64,000 nucleotides of DNA from the human T2T-CHM13v2.0 reference genome, Homo sapiens (GCF_009914755.1 NC_060929.1); one strand, 5' to 3'. Shown: positions 42,191 to 54,712, counted from the first letter of the stretch. The notes: a model not told the origin generated them from the letters alone. A program made the numbers and translations.

Positions 42191-43009
42191 CCTGCACCTG
42201 TCCTCCACACCTGAGTGCATAAAGAACTCTTCCCAGCAAGTCTCAAATTTTCAGGTCTCTTTCACAGCTACGTTTTACAAAATCACAAGACTCATTTTAC
42301 TCATGCAACTTAGAGAGAAAATAAATCCATAAAGTCATGGCATATTTTATTCAACAACTGCCCCAGAATTAGAGTCACAGTACCTGAGGTGTCTTCCTCA
42401 GTTGGTTCAGAAGCAGGTTTTGTGGTTAAAGTTCTCCCTGATGAAACATCATTTCAAGGGGGTTTCTGGATGTGAGCTCACTGGGCTGTAACCATTGCTA
42501 ATCGAGCTTGGAGATTTAGTTGCTGGCATTACACACAAGATGTGAGACAAACGCTGGGCTAAGCGATGAGATGCCAGCCCAGATTGGCATGTGGATCATT
42601 TTCACTCAATTTCCCTCCACTGATGGATCAAAACTCTAAGCACAGCAGTCAACCAGGAGAAAATTCCAAAATTTGCATCTGTCCATCCAGCTTCCAGCTG
42701 CAACCTGGAAACAATGTAAAAGACACAGAGGAAATTCCCAACTTCCAATGATATACCAAGCAATGAGATGAGAAATGAGCAAAACACGATCTGCAGCCCA
42801 AATATGGTGTTACTGGGGTGACTTCCCAAGTCCACAGCAATCCATGAGCAACAGTCTGGTGTACTCAAAACACACTTGAAATCTGGAGTCTGCATACTCA
42901 TATTTGACAAAGTACTACTTGAGAATCACTTGGTGTTACTAAGGTTTAATTTCTTCCTCTGTAAAATAGGAAACAATATAATGAAATAGAAAACTTTTGA
43001 AATATCTGC

Positions 43010-43490
43010 CTAACCCACAACTGTTCCTCTTAATGTCCCCCAGTGTATAGAGGAGCCACTTTGTAAATAGTTTTCCGCAGGAGCCATTTTTGACAACGGC
43101 TGCAGTTGACTGGACCAGGAGTGAAATCTTGAGAAAGTTGGGCCACCTATGTTTCTCTCCTAGATAAAATTTAGAATTGGGCCCGAAAGGGAATATAGTC
43201 TCCTTCAGAGTGGTGGGACCAGTAAAACAGAGAATTGGGCTGTTAGCAGCCAGATGCACTTGTACTGACAGGGAGAGGCAGATGAGCTGTGCAAAGAGAT
43301 TAAAAAGCACACACAGGAAGGAGCTGAGAGTCATGACTGCTTTCCAGGCCCTTTCAGAAGCCCAGCTGAGCCCAGGGGTTGCAGGGCAAATCCCCTATTT
43401 TTAAAGTCAGTCTTTCTCAATTCCATTTTCTTGTTTAAGACACCCAAGGTGGTTTCCGTTACTTGCAAGCTAAGAGTATTTATGAACATA
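43010..43490 (+). mobile_element. Old MaLR LTR (MLT1K/L-like), inside a MIR
   Basis: GGAGCCATTTTTGAC...CAATTCCATTTTCTTGTTTAAG...GGTTTCCGTTACTTGCAAGCTAAGAG. MIR pieces on both sides (42870-42990, 43490-43570). Confidence 0.55.
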
Positions 43491-43573
43491 TAATGTCTAA
43501 CTCACTCGGAGGGTCTGAGAATTAAATAAAATAACGATGCTTTACAAATGGAAAGCACTCTAACAACTGATAA

Positions 43574-43908
<335 letters not shown>

Positions 43909-44027
43909 AAAAGTACCATTTTTAATGAAAGACTAAGAAAGATGATTTTGGAGATGATATTTATTGACATAGAAAGATGTTTATCAATAACCAAATAGTT
44001 AGGCTACCAAAATAGAAATTGTTTATA

Positions 44028-44323
44028 CCGGGGTCAACAAATACTTTCGGTAAAGAATCAGATAGTAAATATTTTAGGTTTTGTAGGCCATATGATACCT
44101 GTCACAACTAATCCATTTTACTGTTGTTTTGAGGAAGCAGCTATAGATAATATGCGAAAACAAAATAGATGTGCTTGTGTTCCAATAATATTTTATTTAT
44201 GAACATTGAAATGTGAATTTCATATAAATTTTACATGTCACCAAATAATATCCTTCTTGTGATTTTTTTCTCACCATCAAAAAAATATGAAGTATAAAAT
44301 CCAATCTTAGCTGTGGGCCATAC
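44028..44323 (-). mobile_element. hAT-Charlie fossil, MER58B-like, truncated
   Basis: GGGGTCAACAAA...GATAGTAAATATTTTAGGTTTTGTAGGCCATA...GTGTTCCAATAA; opposite orientation to 35843-36063. Confidence 0.8.
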
Positions 44324-44346
44324 ACCACCCATGCACACATGTGCGC

Positions 44347-44348
<2 letters not shown>

Positions 44349-44380
<32 letters not shown>
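44349..44380. repeat. (AC)16 microsatellite
   Basis: Direct reading. Confidence 0.97.
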
Positions 44381-44382
<2 letters not shown>

Positions 44383-45479
44383 CCCACAAATTTGATTCAA
44401 AATGTTAGAAAGAAAAAAAGTTTATCTTAAGGTAGTGGATTTCAGGGATACTTATTTTCTTGTTTTTGTAGCATAGGCATATATTACTTATGGAATTATT
44501 TTTAATTAAATGGGAAAAAAAAGGTTAAGTCATAAAGTGTAGATGAAAGACAAAGAAGGAGGCAGGAAAAGGGCAAAGTTGGAGTGCACAACTCCACCAA
44601 GGTCCCCTGGAACTCTAGCATTCTTCCTGCAAGCTAAGCTAGCTCCGGGTCGCACTGGAAGCCACAACTATGCCACTGGCACAAAGCAGGAATACTGTCT
44701 GTATCATCACAGAACCACCTTATGAAGAAACTCAGCATCTAATTCCAGAAGTTATAATAAGAACCACAGTGTTTTCCAGAAAGAAAGAAACAAAAATTGA
44801 TGAGCGTAACTCCTTTTTTTAGGACCCAGTTGATCAATGGATAGTTGGTTTTCCTTTATAGAAGGGAGTTCAAGGGAGCGCCCACTCAAACTCTAACCAC
44901 GGCCTGAATATTTCTATGGAGCAGCTCTGCCCGGTCTTCATCTAGCCTCCACCCATATGAACTTCATAGGGGAAATACAATTCAATGTCTATGGGTCACC
45001 TCCTGTGCACTAGGCACTACGCTAGGTGATGTTCAAAAGATTTGCTCACTCTGCCAATAGCTGCAGTTCACTATCTCAGTGTCAGCATTGTTCAGTCTAA
45101 TATGACTGAAATATAAAATAAAATAATAATAACAGTGTTATACTTGTGGCACCATTAAAATGTTGTCTCATTTTAAGTCTTCATGTTACCTATGAAACAT
45201 AAATAACCCCAGTTAAGAAATGAGGCTCAGAAAGACTCAGTGTCTTAATGAAGATCATCCACCTGGCAGCTGGCAAAGCCGAGATTCAATCACATGCCTG
45301 GACTTCACAGTGACTAAACATCCTTTCCTAGGACCTTGCATGCAAGTTAACACTTGGAAGCCAGTTGGAAATGCAGTGTCTCAGGCCTCATCCTCAGGCC
45401 TGCTCATTCTGAATCTGCATTTGACACAATCCTTAAGTCACTCGAGTGTCCTTCAGATTCAAAGGAAATGAGGACGTGA

Positions 45480-45700
45480 AAAAATTTATTAAGCATCTGT
45501 GGGTGAGGCACTGTGCCACTGTGATACGATTATTTTTCTTTTAATCTCCACAATGACTCTGATTTTATACTCATTTTATTAATATATTGGTGAAGAAGCT
45601 GAGGCTCAGGGAAGCTAAATAATTTGCCCAGGACCCATAGCAAGCAAGTTGCAGTGAGTGGCAGAGTCAGGATGTGACCCCAATGATCGTGACTGCACTC
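45480..45700 (-). mobile_element. MIR SINE relic
   Basis: ATTTATTAAGCA...GGCACTGTGC...GAAGCTGAGGCTCAGGGAAGCTAAATAATTTGCCCAGG. Confidence 0.8.
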
Positions 45701-46374
45701 TCCCTCTTGATTTTGTGTCAGGACTGAAGGAAGTTGAAGGGCCAAGTGGCCAACCTGCAAAAGGCTCAGCTGACCTTTGGAATCTGAGTGCGCCAGTAAT
45801 GTCGGAAAGAAGGTAATTTCTGTATTATGAGCTCCAAGCTTATAATAAACCACAATAGAGAATAAGGTATAGGATCCTTAAGTGTGTCCACCAGGAATGA
45901 GACTTTTTAAAAAATCTCCGCTAAGTTAGTATGTTTAGTTTCCTTAAGAAGCTTATCCATAAGGTACTGAAATGGTGGCCTTTAGAATTGACAATTTTCT
46001 CCTCTCTGATTCAACTGGAAATAGAAATTAGTCTCAGGGCAACTACCAAGTCCACTACCAGCTGAGGAGAAATAAAAGGCTCTGAACGAACACTGAGAAA
46101 TATTGGATCTTTTCAAAATAAAGACAGACCAAAAAAATTACTCAGATCAAGTCAAATCCAAATCTTCCTGATTTGGAAGTTCCTGGGATTGTTTACATTG
46201 TGTTGTCCCTATTCAAATTATGAAGTACTGTATACCCAAAACCACAAGGAGAGCATGCAAAAGGCTGCCACAGACAAGAAGGAGAGAGAGCCTGGGAGAC
46301 ACCCAGCATGCTGCGTGACCTCAGCCCCCACCCCACACAATCTTGCCTTGTTCAAAGCTGTATTCTTTTCACCT

Positions 46375-46440
46375 CAAAAGATGCCTGGCACATAGCAAAC
46401 ACTCAATAAATACCTGTTGAATAAATAAATGACTGAATAA
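46375..46440 (+). mobile_element. L2 3' terminus
   Basis: TGCCTGGCACATAGCAAACACTCAATAAATACCTGTTGAATAAATAAATGA. Confidence 0.8.
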
Positions 46441-46699
46441 TATAATGCAATGATTATTCCATGTATCTGATGTTGCTCTAGGAAATTTGAGATGTGCTAT
46501 TGGGGTGTCTCCAAAGCACTCTTGGGGTGGTTGGGGGTAGAGAGAACAGGCCCGCTCTTCCCCTCCCCACCAGCTTCCATCCAACTGGAACATCCCTGTT
46601 TTATATGTTGGGCTTCAGAGTAATATTTGACCTAAAGAAGCAGTCTCATCACTAAAAAGGAAAAAATAAATTTTGGAAAACCAGTAGTACAGTAAGAAA

Positions 46700-46865
46700 A
46701 TGATGAATCAAGAAAAAAAAAAAGGATAGATTCTAACTCTTATTATTGGCTGTGTGACCTTAAGCAAGTTGCTTAACCTCTCTGGGAACCAGTTTGATCA
46801 TTTATAAAATAAAATAGTTTATTGAGTTAGATTATTTCTAAGGTCCCTTCCAGCTCTAATGTAAT
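46700..46865 (+). mobile_element. MIR3-like SINE
   Basis: GGCTGTGTGACCTTAAGCAAGTTGCTTAACCTCTCTGGG...TCTAAGGTCCCTTCCAGCTCTAA. Confidence 0.85.
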
Positions 46866-48719
46866 TTTATTACATCATTTTAATTGTCATCCAATTGTAT
46901 TGTTTTTTTCTTGTATGTATGTTTTCTGATTTATTCTAATTTCTTTACAATAAGCATTATTTTTGTAGGAAAAAAGATTTATTTTCAAAGACATATAAAT
47001 TAAACAGAAAATTTTTTTCAACTATTCTCTACATTTGCATTGCTTTTAACAAAAGCTAGAAGATGTGTTTTCCCCCATTCTTGCCTGGGGAGAACAACAT
47101 TTGAAGTCATGCTGTAGGGAGAGCTGAGCCTTCAAAAGCAAGTAATGCTTAATCTGTTCTATTTCTGAAGCACAAAATAAAACCAAACAAAATAGAAAAA
47201 TAAGCTACCGCTATGCCAGTGCCAAGTTTCCTCATGCATAAATAGAGATCCATCCAGAAAAACAGCATTCTCAGTCGGGTGGGACAAATCCTCGTGTGCT
47301 TTTGTGGAAAATTCCCCCAGCAAGCTGGCATCAAAGACACTGTCTACAGCTGCCTCTATATATGGCCAGAAAACTACACAAAGGTTGTGAGATGCATGAG
47401 CTTTGCTGTGGCAAGCACCTGGGTGAGAAAGCTGCTCCAGCCCTGATCCTATGGCATAAACATGGCTGACAGCCCTAGACCTGACTGCAAGACCACCTTG
47501 AGCAAAACTAGCATAGGGCAAGACCTACAGTTGCTATTCTTGCGTCTTTTCCTGGACCGCCTACCAAACCCTACAGAAGCCCACCCACTGATTATCTCAG
47601 TAGTGCTCAGCTTCCCTTCCCCAGGGACCTACAGTTAATCCTCTCTTCTTGCTTCTTCACCAATACCTCTCTTAGGAAGGGACCCATAGCCACAATCATT
47701 TCAAAGTGCAAATAATTAAGTAGCTTTCTGTGCTATCTCCCCCAGGTGATTACACTTTAATGGAAACCAAGGAATAGTTTTCTACTTGTGGAGTTTCTGA
47801 CTTTGGTGAGATTGGTGGGAGACAGCAGGAGCAGGGGGAGCTTCCAGATCCATCTGCAGTTATACATCAGAATTGCTTCATCATGCAAGTGCAAGACTGG
47901 CCTTCGCTAATCGAGTGTTGGATTCCATCAGGTGGAATGAACATTCTGATGGGAATAAGAAAAAGCAGGTTCTAGTCCTTGATCTGTATTTAAAAAAAAA
48001 AAAAACAAAATGAAGTGTGTCTGCTCTGTTTGGGCTAGACCATTTTTCAATTTTTTAATAATAACAAGACAGGAATTTTAGAACATCAAGAGATAGGAGC
48101 CAATCACCAAACTAAAGATTTTCATACTTCTTATTCTCTTTCAAATACAATGCTCAAATAGTATGTAGACAGTAACCATTGCCAACCCCATTTTTAGCTC
48201 CTCATTCAGAAGGCCCCAGATCCCAAGCTGTGGTCACTCCCTTAGAGACTGGAGCAGATGAGATCGGAGGAATTGAATGTGATCTTGCAATAAAACTTCT
48301 GGAGGTCAATTCCAGTTTTCTTCTAATAAAGAGGGATTATTCCAACCCATTTAATTTCTGTCCCTGGAGAAGCGAGATCTAATATTTAAATCTATTTATG
48401 GGGTTTTTTAAATTGCTTTTTTGGGGAAAGGGTCAAATTTCTTGCCAATCTATTTCAGAATCTATACTTACCAAAAGGATGATGGAAGAGGATTTCTAAT
48501 CCAAAGGAACTTTTTCCAAGCAATTAGTAGGTACTATTAATTTTTCCTCCATGAAGGTTTGGACGTGTGCCAAGACACTGTCTACTTTGCTTAAGGCACA
48601 ATATTTTACTTATCTCTGATATACATAAATATGTTATATATATGATAAGTATAAAAATATTTACTATCTTTGGTACTACTTATGTTTCTATAAGAAGAAA
48701 ATTGTGTTACATAGCTGTA

Positions 48720-48895
48720 CTAATGAATCCTAGGTCTATGTGGGATATTTTCCCAAGTGCTATCTAAAGCAAACTGCCATTAACCTTGGGAAAACAATTA
48801 ACCTTTCTGGGCCTCAATTTTTCCCTTTTTCAAAAAGGTAGGAAATAGAATTAAGTGCTATTAAAAGATTCTTCTAGCTCTAAGATTCTGATTGC
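48720..48895 (+). mobile_element. MIR3-like SINE relic
   Basis: ACCTTGGGAAAACAATTAACCTTTCTGGGCCTCAATTTTTCC...TTCTTCTAGCTCTAAGATTCT. Confidence 0.7.
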
Positions 48896-48964
48896 ATGAT
48901 TCTAGTTTACCTACCAAATCAGTCAGACATAGGTTTAGCTTCATGTCAGAGGAATTCTTCTCCC

Positions 48965-49405
48965 CTGAACTATGGCTAAAACAGAGAACGAACTATTCTC
49001 TCCCAAGAAAGAAGTCAGGAGGCAGGCAATCCAGACATAGCATAAGTGTCCATGATGCCAGGGCTCAGACACTTTTGTTCTTACTGTTCTACAAGAGTGA
49101 CACTCTTAACATCACTGCCTGGTCCAAAATGTCGCTGAGGCTCACGCCATTTCATCTGCATGCCAAGTAGCAGAAATGAATAAGGGATAAAAAAGAAGGT
49201 TCTTTACAGAGGTTTCCCAGAAGCTGTCATAAGACATCTCTGCTTACAACTCATACACCAGAACTTAAACACATTGCTGCACCTCTCTGCAAGGGAGGTT
49301 GAGGAACAGAGAATTTATTCAGGTGGCCATGCATTCAGCTAAGCACACAGGGTTCTGTTTCTAAGAGGATAATATTAGAATAGACAATAAGTAATCTCTG
49401 CCACA
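48965..49405 (-). mobile_element. MaLR LTR (MLT1J-like)
   Basis: GGTCCAAAATG...CCAGAACTTAAACACAT...CTGCAAGGGAGG...TAATCTCTGCCACA. Confidence 0.7.
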
Positions 49406-50518
49406 CATACCATGAAGCTATACTCTGCAATTTCACTTATCTTTGTTTACACCCCTTGACCCTCAGCTCAAACCCTTTTAATTTCCTGAACCCAAGCATT
49501 CAAGAGGATCAATACCTGCCATCTGCCCGCTTTTAGAAGTAATTTTCCAACTACCAGTACACAATTTAACTGAACAAAAATCATGTTTAGAATTTGAATC
49601 AAGAAAATTTCATTTTCACTTAGAAAGTAGGAGGTCATAGAAGAGTGTTGTTGCCATTCTAACAAAAAGAATAGGACAGTGACCTACAAAATCGCAGTTT
49701 TGTGGAGGCCATTAAAAATCTTGGGTTGCAAAGAAATCCAGAAGAACCAAAGTCCAGAAAATAGTGAGCTCCTGCTAGGAGAGAACATACCCATGGCTGC
49801 TTTCATCCTTGGTGAAGTGGTGAAATGAGGAGGAAGCTGCCATTGATTTGGATAAGACCATCTGAACCATTTTGAGTTGTGAAAGGCTAAGTGAGCGCTA
49901 TCATGACTGCTCAGTATCTCCAGGAGCCCCAGCCACAAATCTGCAGCCACCTGCCAAGTCTCTCCCACAGACCTTCACTGGGTGCTTACATGGAAATCTG
50001 GGGACAGAGTGGAGAGCTGTGAGAGACTCTCCCTGAGTTTGCAGGTGTGTAGTGTCTGCTGAAGGCTGAGGGCAGAGTAGGAGAACTGAGAGAATCCCTC
50101 CAATGCACTCCAGTCCCTGAGTACTTACGGCTGTGTGTTGGGTGGGTTGGGGGGCGGGGGCAAGAGGACTGAGAGAAATTGCTCACAGGCACTCTGGGCT
50201 TCACTGAGTGCACTACCACAGGCAGAGGCAGGGTAGCACAGTGGGGCACAGAGAGCCAGGGGCAGGACTGAAGACCAAGGAGAACGCCCCAGTGACCCAG
50301 TAAGTTGGCAGCCAGACTGCAAAGCAAAGTGAGCTCTCCAGTGGTTCAGAACGCTGGTAGCTGCACTACAAAACACAAAGGTATCTCCAGAAATTCCCTC
50401 TACTCAAATCCCAAACCCTACTGAAGGGAGACTCCTGATGCTGCCCATAGATCATCTGAATCCAGTGGTGAACTAAATCTAACTAAAACAACAGCAAAGC
50501 CCTGATACAATCAGCTAA

Positions 50519-50915
50519 CGCTGGTGTGCTGGAGCCATCAAGGTACTGGCTTGAAAGAGCTGATTGTCAAATGTTCAGCAATTTTGTGAGTCAATGTTAA
50601 ATACCTGCACTATTAAATTATATACACTTAAATAAATGAATTACATTTTAAAAGGTAACAAACACTTAAAACTCATCACTTCCTAATGATTTTACGGTAT
50701 TTTATAATTTTATATATATTCTTGAAGTTATAGCTATTGTATTTGTATATTAGAAATATTACATAATAATATATTACTGTGCTTCTCCCAACTCTCTGTT
50801 CTGTGACATCATGTTGATAGTTTGAAATTGGCAAGGGTAGAAATCAGCAAATGCTGTAAGCCAAGACTTTTCTTTCCAAAGATCCAGGTGTTAAACATCA
50901 ACTAGCCCGCCACTG
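50519..50915. mobile_element. hAT DNA transposon fossil, MER63-like, inside L1
   Basis: CGCTGGTGTGCTGGAGCC...GAGCTGATTGTCAAAT...GTTAAACATCAACTAGCCCGCCACTG termini. Confidence 0.7.
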
Positions 50916-51725
50916 ATAAATTAGATTGACCAGCCCTCTACACTAGCAGCCTAGCATACAAAGAAGCAATACCCTTTTTTAAGGATAAATAGCATTTATT
51001 TCAGCTGCTACTGTTCTTTTATATATAATATCCAGCATACAATTTTAAAAAATACAAGGCATGTGAAAAAGCAACAAAATGTAGCCCATCAAGAGAGAAT
51101 ATAGTATATGGAAGCAGACCCAGATATGGCTCACATGTTGAAAATATAAGACAGTAAATTTGAAAGAGCCAATATAAATATATCAAAGGATCTAGTGGAA
51201 AAGGTAGACAACAGTGGGCTATTTCAGCAGAGATGAAAGTTATTACTTATATATATAAATTCAACACATATATGAAAAAATGGAAACATGAAAAGTGAAA
51301 AATATCAGAGATGAAGAATATATTTGATAGGGTTATCAGAAGACTGATAAAAGCAGAGGAAAGGGTCAGTCAAGCTAAAGATAGGTCAATAGAAACTGTC
51401 TAAATTGAAATACATACAGAAAAAAGAATGAGGGGAAATAAAGAAGAGAAGAACAACATAGAACTGCGGGACAATATTAGATTAACAAACATATAACTGG
51501 AGTTCCAGACAGAGAGAATGAAGCAAAAGAAATTAATATAATGATTACAATCTTCCAAAATTAATGACAAATCAACTACAGATCCAAAAAGCTTACCTAA
51601 CCCTAAACAAGCTGAACAAAAATAAAAAACATACCTAGACACATTATAGTTAAACTACTAAAAGCCAAAGATATAGAGAAAAATCTTAAAAGCAGCCAAG
51701 GTGGTAAGTGAGAAGGGGAACATTG

Positions 51726-52362
51726 CATACAAGAGAACTCTAAGAATGATATCTGACTTTATATATATATATATATATACTTTACATTATATATATATAA
51801 TGATATCTGACTTTTATATATACTTTATATATATCTGACTTTATATATATACATATATATGTATACTTTATATATATATACACACACTATATATATATAC
51901 TATATATGTATGCCAGAAGACAATGGAATTACATTTTTAAAGTGCTTTATATATATATACTTTTTATATATACTTTATATATATACACTAAAGTATATAT
52001 ACTTTATATACATAAAATATATATAGTAAATATATAATATATATTTATATATACTATATATAAAGTATATATAGTGTGTGTATATATATATACACACACT
52101 ATATATATATAAAGTCAGATATCATTCTTAGAGTTTGCTTGTATGAGAGTTCTTCTGGCACATATATATATGCCAGAAGACAATGGAATTACATTTTAAA
52201 TGTAATTACATTTAAATGTAATTCTGGCACATATATATATGCCAGAAGACAATGGAATTACATTTTAAAGTGCTGAAAGAGGGGGAGAAAACCTGTCTAT
52301 ATTCAGTGAAATTGTTCTTCAAATATGTGTTCTATATTCAGTGAAATTGTTCTTCAAATATG
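51726..52362. repeat. Complex TA-rich rearrangement with inverted arms, palindromes and local duplications
   Basis: 45-bp inverted arms (51726-51770 vs 52101-52145, 2 mismatches), three copies of TGCCAGAAGACAATGGAATTACATTTT, and a 32-bp tandem duplication. Confidence 0.95.
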
Positions 52363-53099
52363 CATGGGGAATAAGCACATTTTCACATAAACAAAAACTA
52401 AAAAAAAAAGTCTATAGCAGACTAAGAACTGGCTAACTCTAGAGCCAACATTTTAGGACAAGAACTGAACTGAGCTCCTGATGACTGCACCTGTAAACAA
52501 TAAACCTTTATTTTTACCCTCTCGTCCCCTCCCCAACTCCCAGCAAGATGTCCTCAGGAAGAGAGCATGAATATAGTAATGAAATAGGCTCCTCTGTGGT
52601 GTTTGGTCAAGTTTTAGGCACAACACCAACCACTTTTAGCCTCAATCCACTCTGTTTATGTTAGAATTAAATAAGTGTGACAGATTGGCATGAAACTTCA
52701 TGACCGAGATTTAACAGGCACAAATGCCCAAGGAACCAAACAAGAGCTAAGAAGAACTCCCCATGGGACTTCAAGGGAATAAGCTTGTATTAATATCCTT
52801 CTTGGACAGAAGTAACTTCCCTGAAGTATCTTCCCTCCAGGTCAATAAACCCTATTCCCTGCTTTGAAAATAAGAATCAAATCGTTTTTGAAGCTGGAGC
52901 TTCAAAAACAAAACACCAGGAAGCTAGGACCTCTTCCCTAGAATATTTCAAGAATTCTGCCTTTCCAGGAAATAATATGTGTTAAGTTCCTATTAAGTGC
53001 TAAGTAATTTCATATATTTTACCTCATTTAACCTTTACAACCGATCTTTGAAGTTCAAATTCAAATCCAATTTTGTCTGATTCTAATATCTGTGTCGTA

Positions 53100-54712
53100 A
53101 GTTCACAAGTCTCCTTGTTGCCAAATCCAAACTCCCTTTCTCTCCTTTTATTTTACCAGGCCTTTCAATAAGCACTTAACAGTTAACTCGCCTGCATTCT
53201 TGAAGCACTTTCTTCTTGTTGCTTCTGTGCCATCCCTCTTTCCTGCTCTTCTTTCTACTTCATTATCTTCTCTCTGTCTTTTTTCTGGGCTCCGCTACTT
53301 ATTCCTAACCACTCAGCAGCTAATCCTGGGCCTCTTTCTCTATTTTACCTACATACTCAATCTAGGAGTATGTCGATAACTTAATCCTAGACCTCTTTCT
53401 CCATTTTATCTACATACTCCATCTAGGCAAGCCTTCCCAATGCCATGGATTTAAATACCACATCTGTATTAAAGACTTCAAAATTTCTCCTGGAAATCCA
53501 CACTCATACAATCAACCCTTTATTTGTCATTTCTGTTTGTACTTCTGATAGAAATGTTTGCTTTTTTATTATCAAAACAGAACTTTTCTATTCCCCAGGA
53601 ATTCTTCAGTCATCTTCAGTATAAATAGCATCTCCACTCACCGAATTACTCAAGCCAAAAATCTAGAGGTTATCTTCAGTCCCTTTATTTCCTTATCCCC
53701 CAAAATCAATGCAATAGCAAATCTAGTTAACTTGTCTTCAAATGAATCCCAACAGCCATTTCTCCTCTTTACTTCTACTACCCTAATCTGAGCTGCCATC
53801 GCCTCTTGCCTAGACCATTGCTATACTTTCTAACTGATCTCCCTGATTCCAATCTTACTAAAATCCATTTTCTGCAGAATAGCCAGTGAACTTTTTGGAA
53901 CTTAAATCCAATCAAGTTACTCTCCTACTTAAAAATCATCCAATGCTTCCATCCCACTTAGAATGAAATCCAAACTTCCCACCCCAGCTTACAACCACCC
54001 ACATGATTGGATGCCTGTCTTCTTCTCTGACCTCATTCTGCTCCCACTTCACTCACCACTGCCCATCCACACTGGTTTCTGTACTTCACACCCACCACAC
54101 TGGCTTCCACCTTAAAGCCTTTGCGTGTGCTAGTCATGCTCCAGAAATGTTTCTCCCTATGAGTGTCCCATGGATGGCTTCTTCTTGTCATTTAGGCCCA
54201 GTAGATAAACTGTTACTTCTGCAGAGAAGGCTTTCTTGACCATCGATCTAGAGGAGTCACCAAGTAAAATATCATCACATCATTGTATTTTAATTATCTC
54301 CATGGCAAGTATCATTATCTATTTTCTTGTTTATTTATTTGTTTAGGTCTAACCAAGCTTGTCCAACCCATGGCCCTCTGGCTGCGTGTGGCCCAGGATG
54401 GCTTTGAATGTGGCCCAACCCAAATTTGTAAACTTTCTTAAAACATTATGAGATTTTTTTTGGCGATTTTTTTTTAGCTCATCAGCTATTGGTAGTATTA
54501 ATGTACTTTATATGTAGCCCAAGACAACGATTCTTCTTCCAATGTGGCCCAGAGAAGCCAAAAGATTGGACACCCCTGGTCTAAGTCTTCTGTTAGAATG
54601 TAAAATCCAAAACCTATCCTGTCTTGTTCGTCATTGTATATGTAGCGACTAGAATAGTGCCCAGCACATGGTGGGCTCTCAACAAATGTCTACTGAAAGG
54701 ATCAGTCGATGA
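53100..54712 (+). mobile_element. Long L2 LINE fragment (L2a-like) including 3' end, interrupted by MER30
   Basis: TTGCCAAATCCAA...CCATGGATTTAAATACCA...CTCAAGCCAAAAATCTAGAG...TAGAATAGTGCCCAGCACATGGTGGGCTCTCAACAAAT. Confidence 0.85.
54354..54578 (-). mobile_element. MER30-like hAT-Charlie DNA transposon, full length
   Basis: CAAGCTTGTCCAACCC...GAAGCCAAAAGATTGGACACCCCTG. Both flanks contain GTCTAA (TSD remnant). Confidence 0.92.

Larger units (their letters stand above)
49560..52440 (+). mobile_element. Old L1M 5' region and ORF1 remnant
   Basis: ORF1-like AAGATAGGTCAATAGAAA, ACATACCTAGACACATTATAGTTAAACT, GAGAAAAATCTTAAAAGCAGCCA and GCCAGAAGACAATGGAAT. Many stops; 5' boundary uncertain. Confidence 0.75.

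Noticed and set aside
47746-47805. Plus-strand pseudo-exon (CTCCCCCAG|...TTG|GTGAGA)
   Set aside because: Stops in all three frames and no other plus-strand support; such site pairs are common by chance.
51911-52273. Three copies of a ~27-bp repeat as a CRISPR-like array
   Set aside because: The repeat is L1 ORF1 sequence. Spacing is irregular (260 and 69 bp), and the intervening sequence is TA runs or inverted copies rather than unique spacers.
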